Source: Amoebidium appalachense
Taxonomy: Eukaryota > Protista > Ichthyosporea
NCBI GenBank assembly: GCA_963693365.1
Contig: CAVNZM010000016.1
Location: forward strand, 4,521,149-4,585,148
Length of the DNA stretch: 64,000 nt
Direction: 5' to 3'
Shown here: piece by piece, positions 9,133-27,909 of the stretch
How the letters are laid out: every line of letters starts with the position of its first letter
Position numbering within the stretch: the stretch's first letter is position 1
Made by a program: the position numbers and the translations under genes
The notes under the pieces: model-generated
The model's database searches: none
Told to the model about the DNA's origin: nothing
What the model saw: only the letters and a program-made list of their open reading frames with translations

Positions 9133-9651
9133 ATGGCTTTTGAGCAGGACCTGAAGCTATTTGTCAATCGGCTGTCGCTGCTTGTATCCAACATGACGTT
9201 CGACTCGAACGGCGCCGGGAGGGTGGCAAGCCGGCCGCTACAGCTCCACGCAAGACTCGGGAAGGGCGACACGATGCTGTCGGACACGATGCTGCCGCTG
9301 CAGTCGGTGGAAACGTCGAACAGGACTGGACTCAACCACCTTGTGTTTTCGACGTGTCCGCTGGAGGGGGCCGGGGATGCGGTGACCATCGACCTGGATT
9401 GGGGCAAGTCGTTTCGGCTGACCTGGGAGCGCTGGGACACCACGCTGTTGCTGCTGCCACCGAGGGATCCGACGGAGGAGGAGGGCATGAGCGAGGGACG
9501 AGCTGTCCCCATGGAGGCAAAGAGAAAACGAACAACCCTTCTGCGAATCGACTTTTTGAAGGACTTCCTTTGGCATGACATGGGGTGCGACATTCTGTCG
9601 CTGCAGTTATATGAATCAGTACAGAAAAATAGGCGGCAGTGTAGAGAATAA
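9133..9651 (+). CDS. Hypothetical protein
   Basis: 172 aa; TATAAAA at ~9074 and a strong ACCATGG start context. Confidence 0.6.
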   Translation: MAFEQDLKLFVNRLSLLVSNMTFDSNGAGRVASRPLQLHARLGKGDTMLSDTMLPLQSVETSNRTGLNHLVFSTCPLEGAGDAVTIDLDWGKSFRLTWERWDTTLLLLPPRDPTEEEGMSEGRAVPMEAKRKRTTLLRIDFLKDFLWHDMGCDILSLQLYESVQKNRRQCRE

Positions 9652-10191
9652 TGCAGGTATCACGCAGTGCGTGTGTGTGTGCGACTGCCGGTGAAGGTGC
9701 AACTGTGCCCTGGATGGCGCAGCATGTGAATATAAGGAGGCCCACAGCCAGGGAGTCATCGGAGCACATGTCTGGTGTGCGTTGGGATTATGGTCGATAA
9801 TATTGTTACAAATATGTGGGTTTGGAGTGTCCATTAGGGAGCCAGCCCTACACTCAGGATATATATATATATATAAGTATAAGCAGATACACGTCACCTG
9901 AAACTTGTTGCACTGAGTAACAATAATTATCTTACTCAAGGTACTGATTCTGAGTAACACAGACAAGTGTCCCACACTAGATGTTACTCGACCAAATATG
10001 GTAAAGGTTTCCTTTTTAGGTATAAAAATATGCAATTGTCATATAGTGAGTAGGATGAGTAGGATGAGTACGTACTCATCTACTGCGGGCTACGGGTATA
10101 CCTAAATCTCAATCCAAAAGGAAATTGGAACACCCGGGGGGAGACCAGATGAGTAGGTACTCAAGCTACTCATCCTACTGACCCCATCACT

Positions 10192-10401
10192 GCCTATAGG
10201 CATGCCCCGTGTGCAGGGCACTGATTTCTACCCTCTTCTGGTTGGTGCCAAGAGGCAGTGCCCTACACGTGTGGTGTCTAAACAGCCTATAGGCATGCTC
10301 CGTGTGCAGGGCACTAATTTGTTGTGCCTTCCTTTTTTGGTTAGATCTATACCCGGCCAATGGTTAGCAGCCACGGGTTTGTTTTCATCAAGCTTAGACG
10401 T
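10192..10401 (-). repeat. Left arm of ~210-bp inverted repeat (partner 14984-15191)
   Basis: The reverse complement matches 14984 onward (ACGTCTAAGCTTGATGAAAACAAACCCGTGGCTGCTAACC...) with only a few substitutions and 1-nt indels. Contains ~1.4 copies of the 92-bp unit. Confidence 0.95.
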
Positions 10402-10459
10402 TAATACATACTAAGTAACAGAATGAAATCACTCGCAAGTGTTATCCCTCATGATTGTA

Positions 10460-10816
10460 TCAATCCGTTTCATCCGGAGTCTTAGCGGACTGGCCCAGCC
10501 GTATGAGACAGGCCCGTAGAAAGTCCTTTTGCTTCTTCAGCTTGTCGTTTTCCAGCTGCAGCTCTTGGTTCTCCACCACCAAATTCTTGTTCTCTTCGCA
10601 CACCTTGTTGCGCTCCTCTTGCAGGCCCTTGATCACCTCCCGCTGGTTCTTGTTCATTGTGCGCAGCGCGTCGTTGTCCTTGTCCATGTCGTTGTTCAAC
10701 TCCCTCAGCTGCTGGATCAGCCCGTGCAGCCCCTCGTTGGCCTCCTTCAGCATCTTGTTGGTCTCTTGCAGCTGCTCGGTGTGTGCATCTTGGCGCTGTG
10801 TATCTGTTTCATCCAT
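10460..10816 (-). CDS. Small coiled-coil / leucine-zipper-like protein
   Basis: 118 aa, nearly all heptad pattern (ENKNLVVENQELQLENDKLKKQKDFL). Confidence 0.7.
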   Translation of the reverse strand: MDETDTQRQDAHTEQLQETNKMLKEANEGLHGLIQQLRELNNDMDKDNDALRTMNKNQREVIKGLQEERNKVCEENKNLVVENQELQLENDKLKKQKDFLRACLIRLGQSAKTPDETD

Positions 10817-11429
10817 TGTGTCGTTTGCAGCCGGTTGGGCAGGAGGTGTTTAGTTTTTATCCACGAAGCAAAGCAGTGTGAACAAAAAAAACGTCCCTCT
10901 TATTTTTACGAAGCAAAAGTGTGACCCAAAAAAAAACGTTCCTCTTACACAATGCAAAATAAAGCAAAATCCTATGATGCGCAAACACACCGTGAACTAA
11001 AAAAACTCGCCACTGATTATTTACAAAGTAAAGCAGTGTGAACAAAAAAAAAAGCGCTCCTTACACAGTGCAAAATAAAACACACACACACACACACCAA
11101 GCCATTTGTATCCAGCTCGGACCCCTTTTTGTGCGCACACTTCTGGTTGGTGTATAAGTATTGGATCCACGTGAGCGCGAGTTTCCTAAGTGCTGCTCAA
11201 AAAGTGACATGTTGTTCCTGTCAGCAGGCAGTGCACCGATTCGCTATCAATTGACATCGTGTTCAAGCAGTCAGCACCATGTGATTGTGTACTTTTCCTG
11301 ACCAATTTTTGTATCCCTGATAGACAGAATAATGCTCGTAATTGTTGGGAAGCATATTCGTGTTTTTTTAGGAGTTGCTACATCAAAATACATTGTGTTC
11401 AAACACTGACGGCCAAGTTGCAAAGATCG

Positions 11430-11685
11430 GATTACAATCCAATCTGTCAAATGACAATTCTCAAGTCAAAACATGCTCTTGTTGATCCAATCAGAATTCA
11501 TCAATCAGTCAGCAGATTTGGTTGAGCCCCAACTTATCGGATACACCAAGATGCCCAAATGACAATTAGCCAATCAGATATTCACGCGATCTCTAGATCC
11601 AATCAAGCGTCGCGGCTGGGGTATATCCAACCAATCTAATGCAATAAAGCATCTGATGCCAAAGCCGGGCACGGCATATAAAAGC
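11430..11685 (+). promoter_or_regulatory. Pol II-type promoter: CCAAT cluster plus TATA box
   Basis: About five CCAATC between 11439 and 11636; GGCATATAAAAGC at 11673-11685, 84 bp before ATG 11769. Confidence 0.55.
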
Positions 11686-11768
11686 CCATACTCTCTTCAA
11701 TCCACACACCTTTTCCATGTTAGCTAGCTTCTTCCTTGCCACACAACGTACATCCAACTGTCACGAAA

Positions 11769-12473
11769 ATGAGTTCTAACATCAAAGATCTAGAAAGGCG
11801 CGCTAAAAAAATAGAGACAAGACTCAAGACTTTGGAGGAGGATGCAAAGGTCCTGCGGGACACCCAGACCCGTTTCGCGTGCGCCCTTGCTAGGCACGCC
11901 CGCATGGCTTTAAGCAAGCGCACCACTACAGCAGCAACCGTGGCACCCCCAGCAGCAACCGTGGCACCCCCTGTCCTGGCAGCGGCACCTGCACTTCGTG
12001 CTGGCGAGCATGGCAGCTCCTATCCCGTGGACTTGGCCCCCCAGCCCCTGCAGCGCTCACGTTTGCACATCACACAGGGGTCCAAGACACGGGAGAAACC
12101 ACGAAGACAGCAGAAGAGGACACGAGAGGAAGTCAGAAGCTCTGGGTCGGAGGAGGAGCACCATTCTCCAGTGCCTCCTTGGTTCAACTGGAAGACCTTC
12201 ACACAGGGGTCCAAGACACGGGAGAAACCACGAAGACAGCAGAAGAGGACACGAGAGGAAGTCAAAAGCTCTGGGTCGGAGGTACAGGAGGAAGTGCCTC
12301 CTTGGTTCAAGACCTTGCTATGGGGACCTGAGGAGTACTCGTCTTCTGAGGAGCACTCGTCTTCCGAGTCCAAGACCTTGACACGGGGACAGCAGAAAAG
12401 GGCACGAGCCAGTGAAGCCAGCAGCTCTGGGGCGTCTTCCGAGTCTTCAGACGGAGATATCAACTGGCCTTGA
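11769..12473 (+). CDS. Coiled-coil protein with duplicated basic repeat and Ser/Glu-rich tail
   Basis: 234 aa from AAAATG. N-terminal coiled coil; TQGSKTREKPRRQQKRTREEV occurs twice (129-bp internal duplication); basic NLS-like clusters. Confidence 0.7.
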   Translation: MSSNIKDLERRAKKIETRLKTLEEDAKVLRDTQTRFACALARHARMALSKRTTTAATVAPPAATVAPPVLAAAPALRAGEHGSSYPVDLAPQPLQRSRLHITQGSKTREKPRRQQKRTREEVRSSGSEEEHHSPVPPWFNWKTFTQGSKTREKPRRQQKRTREEVKSSGSEVQEEVPPWFKTLLWGPEEYSSSEEHSSSESKTLTRGQQKRARASEASSSGASSESSDGDINWP

Positions 12474-12536
12474 CACGGTGAAAAAAGGGGCCGCTATTAG
12501 AGAGTAGCCTCAGGCTATTCTAGTGCTTGTGTGCAG

Positions 12537-13186
12537 GTGTACTTAACATTGAGTGTACTTAGGGTGGGGCTGTGCAGACGTGTACTTAAAGGGTGGGGCT
12601 GTGCAGACGTGTACTTAGGATGGTGCAGACGTGTACTTAAAGGGTGGGGCTGTGCAGACGTGTACTTAAAGGGTGGGGCTGTGCAGACGTGTACTTAGGG
12701 CTGTGCAGAGGTGTACTTAGGGTGGTGCAGAGGTGTACTTAGGGTGGTGCAGAGGTGTACTTAGGGTGGTGCAGACGTGTACTTAGGGTGGTGCAGAGGT
12801 GTACTTAGGGTGGTGCAGACGTGTACTTAGGGTGGGGCTGTGCACCACAGTGTACTTAGGGTGGTGCAGACGTGTACTTAGGGTGGTGCAGAGTGTACTT
12901 AGGGTGGTGCAGAGGTGTACTTAGGGCTGTGCAGAGGTGTACTTAGGGTGGTGCAGAGGTGTACTTAGGGTGGTGCAGAGGTGTACTTAGGGTGGTGCAG
13001 ACGTGTACTTAGGGTGGTGCAGAGGTGTACTTAGGGTGGTGCAGACGTGTACTTAGGGTGGGGCTGTGCACCACAGTGTACTTAGGGTGGTGCAGACGTG
13101 TACTTAGGGTGGTGCAGACGTGTACTTAGGGTGGGGCTGTGCACCACAGTGTACTTAGGGTGGTGCAGACGTGTACTTAGGTGGGT
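12537..13186 (+). repeat. Minisatellite of ~28 units (21-29 bp), core GTGTACTTAGGGTGGTGCAGA(G/C)
   Basis: Counted 28 GTGTACTTA cores; most units contain TTAGGG; G-rich on the + strand; variants recur in higher-order blocks. Confidence 0.95.
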
Positions 13187-13586
13187 GTCTTGTGGTGAAA
13201 GTAAAGTTTATGGCATACAGGCAGATGTGTGCTTTAAGCCTTAGGGAACTGTGGGCAGACATGTCAACACTTGGGCCTATGGGTAGACGTGTACACACTT
13301 AGTGTATTTGTTTGTGTCTCTCATGGTTATTTTATAGCATGAAGCACTGCAAAAAATGGTGTATGTTTCCGTGGTCCACGTACACAGAATCCTTTAATAT
13401 GAACACAAGTGATTGTATAGAAAAAGAGTACGTACGTACATGATAGTCTAGTCAGATTACAAAGAACAAATCAACTTGGACCGAGTATATTCAAATACAA
13501 ACTAAAAGAGAAAAGAAACAAATAAATCAAGACCGATCAATTCAAATACAAATCAAAAGAGAATGCCACTTAGTCGACCAATCAAA

Positions 13587-14771
13587 TCAGTACATCTCAT
13601 GCTCATACTGGTCAAACTCTTCCTGGTCAAGATCAATGAGGGGAATTTCTTCAGTTTGTTTATGTTTGGGTTCAGGTTTGCGGTCATACACGACCGACTC
13701 ACGATCAGACGCAGATTCGTCATCTGTCATATCATCGAGTACCTGATTTGCCCGTCGTTTGAGCCGCTTGGGGTTGAATGCTTCATCTGAGTCCCAATCA
13801 CATTGATCATGGACGCGTTTGGCGGGTGAGGCAGGTGAAGAGACAGACTCATTACCACCTGTGTATGCCTTCAAGTTCTTCTCCCGTCGCAGAATCTTCC
13901 TTCGGATGCTTTTTATGGTGTTTTGGGCTGCACACACAGCAGCAATGGCCAGGCCCTCCGCCATTTCATCTTCAGCCGCCTTTGCCTCTTTGACACGCTC
14001 TCGAGCATTCTGGAGCTCCCCCCTCACACTAGTTAGCTGTGCATCGAGGTCCATCGTATGGTCATGCAACGAAGTCTCAGGTGTTTTGGTGTGCTTGGGC
14101 CTGGGCTTAGCGGCAGGGGTGGTCTTGGCAGGAGTGGTCTTGGTGGTAGGGGTGGTCTTGGCAGGAGTGGTCTTGGTGGTAGGGGTGGTCTTGGCAGGAG
14201 TGGTCTTGGTGGTAGGGGTGGTCTTGGCAGGAGTGGTCTTGGCGGCAGGGGTGGGGGCAGTCACAGGGGCGGTCTTTGCGACAGGGGTGGGGGCAGTCAC
14301 AGGGGCGGTCTTTGCGACAGGGGTGGGGGCAGTCACAGGGGTGGTCTTTGCGGCAGGGGGGGGGGCAGTCACAGTGGTGGTGTTGGCGGCAGGGGTGGGG
14401 TCAGCAGTCACAGTGGTGGTGTTGGCGGCAATGGTAGTCTTGCGAGGGCCACTGAAAATGTAGTTTTCATAGGCCACCTGGCCATCCCGACGGGGTGCTG
14501 CAGCCCGTTGCAGGCTGGCAAGCTCGGCCTGCAGGGTCTTGATCTGCTCTTCGGCTGCCCTCAGTCGTGCCTCTACATCAGAGGGCTGGGGTTGGGGGGG
14601 TCGGGGGGTACGCGCAGCATTCTCATTGGTCACTTGACTGCGGAGGCTGGTGAGGTCGGTGCGGAGGCTGGTGACGTCGGTGTGCAGGGCCGTTAAGCGA
14701 GACGAATGGTCCGTGTACAGAAAATCAAAGCGCTTCTGCAGCTGTTGAAGCTCCTCTTTCCAAGAATCCAT
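13587..14771 (-). CDS. Coiled-coil protein with Pro/Ala/Lys/Thr repeat linker and acidic tail
   Basis: 394 aa. Coiled coils flank (PAKTTPTTKTT)n and (APVTAPTPVAKT)n. NLS-like PKRLKRR. TATA GGCATATAAAAGC on the minus strand at 14866-14878. Confidence 0.8.
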   Translation of the reverse strand: MDSWKEELQQLQKRFDFLYTDHSSRLTALHTDVTSLRTDLTSLRSQVTNENAARTPRPPQPQPSDVEARLRAAEEQIKTLQAELASLQRAAAPRRDGQVAYENYIFSGPRKTTIAANTTTVTADPTPAANTTTVTAPPPAAKTTPVTAPTPVAKTAPVTAPTPVAKTAPVTAPTPAAKTTPAKTTPTTKTTPAKTTPTTKTTPAKTTPTTKTTPAKTTPAAKPRPKHTKTPETSLHDHTMDLDAQLTSVRGELQNARERVKEAKAAEDEMAEGLAIAAVCAAQNTIKSIRRKILRREKNLKAYTGGNESVSSPASPAKRVHDQCDWDSDEAFNPKRLKRRANQVLDDMTDDESASDRESVVYDRKPEPKHKQTEEIPLIDLDQEEFDQYEHEMY

Positions 14772-14983
14772 GTTTCGTGTGAGTGTTTGAAAAACAAGTT
14801 TGTTGTGTGTCGCCTTTTACTATTGAGTGTCAGTGTTGAAATGAGTGAATGTGACCGTGTGTGCTGCTTTTATATGCCACGGTACAAAGCAGCTTACAGC
14901 AATGGTGCCAAGGCTCAATGGGATAGATCTCTCCAATCAACGGTCATTGTCACTCAAACGGCCTTGATGGTTGGCAAAGTATC

Positions 14984-15763
14984 ACGTCTAAGCTTGATGA
15001 AAACAAACCCGTGGCTGCTAACCATTGGCCGGGTATAGATCTAACCAAAAAAGGAAGGCACAACAAATTGGTGCCTGCACACGGAGCATGCCTATAGGCT
15101 GTTTAGACACCACACGTGTAGGGCGCTGCCTCTTGGCACCAACCAGAAGAGGGTAGAAATTGGTGCCTGCACACGGAGCATGCCTATAGGCTGTTTAGAC
15201 ACCACACGTGTAGGGCGCTGCCTCTTGGCACCAACCAGAAGAGGGTAGAAATTGGTGCCTGCACACGGAGCATGCCTATAGGCTGTTTAGACACCACACG
15301 TGTAGGGCGCTGCCTCTTGGCACCAACCAGAAGAGGGTAGAAATTGGTGCCTGCACACGGAGCATGCCTATAGGCTGTTTAGACACCACACGTGTAGGGC
15401 GCTGCCTCTTGGCACCAACCAGAAGAGGGTAGAAATTGGTGCCTGCACACGGAGCATGCCTATAGGCTGTTTAGACACCACACGTGTAGGGCGCTGCCTC
15501 TTGGCACCAACCAGAAGAGGGTAGAAATTGGTGCCTGCACACGGAGCATGCCTATAGGCTGTTTAGACACCACACGTGTAGGGCGCTGCCTCTTGGCACC
15601 AACCAGAAGAGGGTAGAAATTGGTGCCTGCACACGGAGCATGCCTATAGGCTGTTTAGACACCACACGTGTAGGGCGCTGCCTCTTGGCACCAACCAGAA
15701 GAGGGTAGAAATTGGTGCCTGCACACGGAGCATGCCTATAGGCTGTTTAGACACCACACGTGT
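14984..15763 (+). repeat. Right inverted-repeat arm expanded into 7.6 identical 92-bp tandem units
   Basis: Units start at 15065, 15157, 15249, 15341, 15433, 15525, 15617 and 15709 (partial). Each contains GCCTATAGGC, GCATGC and ACACGTGT palindromes and TTGGTGCC/GGCACCAA arms. Confidence 0.95.
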
Positions 15764-16085
15764 TGTGGCTTCTGCCTTTATCACCCACACACCCACACGT
15801 GCCAACATACACTATCCTCCCCGTGAGTGGCATGCCAGTCTCCCCAGCCCCCCTGCCCCCCTGCCCCCCTGCCCCCCTGCTCCCCTGCCACATGCACACC
15901 CACACACTGGGTGCCCCCCCTGCTCCCCTGCCTCCCGGAACCAGGCCCCCCAGTGGTGGCATTCCAACACGTGCATGCTAGAAGATCGTGCTACATGAAC
16001 AAATGGTCTTAACTCAGCCATACATGGGGGATAGCCATGGTTCCCCCACTCTCCCCAGCCTCCTGTGCACGTGTGCCTCCCCCGA

Positions 16086-16290
16086 CCCCCTGCCTCCCCT
16101 GCACGTGTGCCCCCCCTGCTGCCGGAACCACGGCCCCCAGTGGTGGCAGTGAGTGTCCCCCCTGCCTCCCCTGCACGTGTGCCCCCCCTGCTGCCGGAAC
16201 CACGGCCCCCAGTGGTGGCAGTGAGTGTCCCCCCTGCCTCCCCTGCACGTGTGCCCCCCCTGCCTCCCCTGCCTCCCGGAACCACGCCCC
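16086..16290 (+). repeat. GC-rich 72-bp tandem repeat (~2.7 copies; degenerate copy at ~15915-15960)
   Basis: CCCCCTGCCTCCCCTGCACGTGTGCCCCCCCTGCTGCCGGAACCACGGCCCCCAGTGGTGGCAGTGAGTGT repeated. Confidence 0.85.
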
Positions 16291-17301
16291 GGCGCAGTGG
16301 CAGCTATTTTTAGATATAGAGATTCCATGGCCACATGGCCAGATGGCCAGATCATTTTGCTCACCGTTTTATCCCGTTTTATCCACCTTTTTCCACACAC
16401 TGAATTTGACCTGGCCATCTGGCCATCTGGGTAGAGACCGTTTTCTGTTCTGATATTGGAGAACTGTCTGATAGTGATAGCAAATGTCATTCGAAGAACA
16501 ATCGGGAAACCCCGTGGTGTGACAACCAATCAGAATGAAGCAACTTTACTAGGCACCGACCAATCGGGCCTCTGCTTTCGATTGATATCTTTGTAATCAA
16601 GACCCTGCTCTTTACTAACTCTTCAACCAACACCCAATGGGAGAGTCTAGTTCCAGATAAGGAAGATAGTCGGTCAAGATGGAGTCTATGGAGTTTGTGA
16701 AGATGTCATCCACAAGAAGAAAGCATCGAAGGTGTGGAGATTGAAGAAGAGGGGGGAAGAAAAAGCAAATATAAAGACTATTTCGGTTGGTTGTCATCAC
16801 CACTACGTGCCTAGCCATTTTAGGTTATCAACACTGAGAGAAGTTGGAAAAAACGGATCCACGCAATTCAAAACTCGCACTTAGAAAAGACGTCAAAAAA
16901 AACGAACACAAGCATACAGCCTTCTACTGTCTTCATAAAACAAATCACCACTTATATGTTACAGGACATACCGCCAATGAAAATTTTCACACTTCTTCCC
17001 TGTTGCGTGAACACACAGTTCGTATATGTAACCAAACCCTCGTTTGCATATGCACTACATACGTATATGTTCCAAGTGTTCAGGTGAATACATGCTTGCT
17101 GTTCCTACCGGTACAAATGTACGTGCATGTGATATATCCGCATATGTTCGATGGGTACAAAAGAACATGGGGGAAAAGATGGAGACAAGCGCGATGAGGA
17201 GAAAGTGGGGGAGGGGCGGGAAGGGGGGGGGGTCTAGTTGTCGAATGTGTGGTGTTTGTGAAAGAGTGTGTCGGAGGCATCTGCAACAAGGGCACACTAC
17301 G

Positions 17302-17394
<93 letters not shown>

Positions 17395-17428
17395 TGTGTG
17401 TGCACGTGTTTGCTTACTGGCCCCCCTA

Positions 17429-27087
<9,659 letters not shown>

Positions 27088-27861
27088 TTTCGAGGATTAT
27101 TTCAAAGTACGTGTTGCAACAGTGCAAACAGTGACCTGCATGGGTGCAGAGATGTTAGTCTTTGTTATACACAAACACGGTTTATCTTGGTTAGGGGTTG
27201 TAAGTGCAAGAGATTTTGCCCTTTCTGCTGAATTATGAATAGATTTATCAGAGGAGTTATTTGTGTTCGTGTTATTGTGTTTATGTCGAAGTGTTAGTTT
27301 TATTGTGTTAGTGTTCTTGTGTTTATTGTGTTAGTGTTGTTGTGTTTGTGTTCTTGGGTTTATGTTACTGTGTTAGTGCTTATATGCATCAGAATGGGAA
27401 CCCTTTTCATAACAAAAGTAAAAGGTACACGCCTTCCCGTTTTAACAAGAAACAATAAGTTACGGTGCATTTGAGTTGTGGGCATTGAAAGAAACATTTC
27501 TAGATCAGTTACTAAGGCGTGCAGTGATTCTCAGATGAGATTTGAACGTAAGGAAGTTTCAAAACACCTAAAAGAGCGTGAATGAGACAGTAGGGTTACA
27601 AACACAAAGAATTGAAACCAACAAACAACACGGGATGTTAGCATGAAAAAACGGAAGGTGCTGAGAGGGGCAGGCAGTCACAGATAAGCAGCCACAACTC
27701 TCCGAAAACATCTTCAAAAACAGACTAGCCTCAAAAAGGCAAGCACTTGTATCCCAAGCACTCATCGCAAGTAAAAAAAATCCAAATAATTATGTTCGGA
27801 TCAGGATACGGTTGTAATCGGTAGTGTGTTTTTTGGTGGCGGGTGGTGGGTGTCTATCACG

Positions 27862-27909
<48 letters not shown>

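Larger units (their letters stand above)
1..16450. mobile_element. Endogenous viral element / large virus-like mobile element (right part; left end outside window)
   Basis: Closely packed intronless ORFs, nearly free of microsatellites, unlike the flanking host DNA. Gene set typical of large eukaryotic dsDNA viruses and Polinton-like elements (Bro-N-like, Fic, patatin, CEHGK-repeat endonuclease, SF3 helicase). No capsid, polymerase or integrase gene in view, so the class is unresolved. The right boundary is approximate. Confidence 0.8.

Noticed and set aside
12537-13186. Array considered as a CRISPR or guide-RNA array
   Set aside because: The variable parts are a few recurring short variants, not unique spacers.
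15065-15763. 92-bp array considered as a CRISPR array
   Set aside because: Units are identical end to end, with no spacers.
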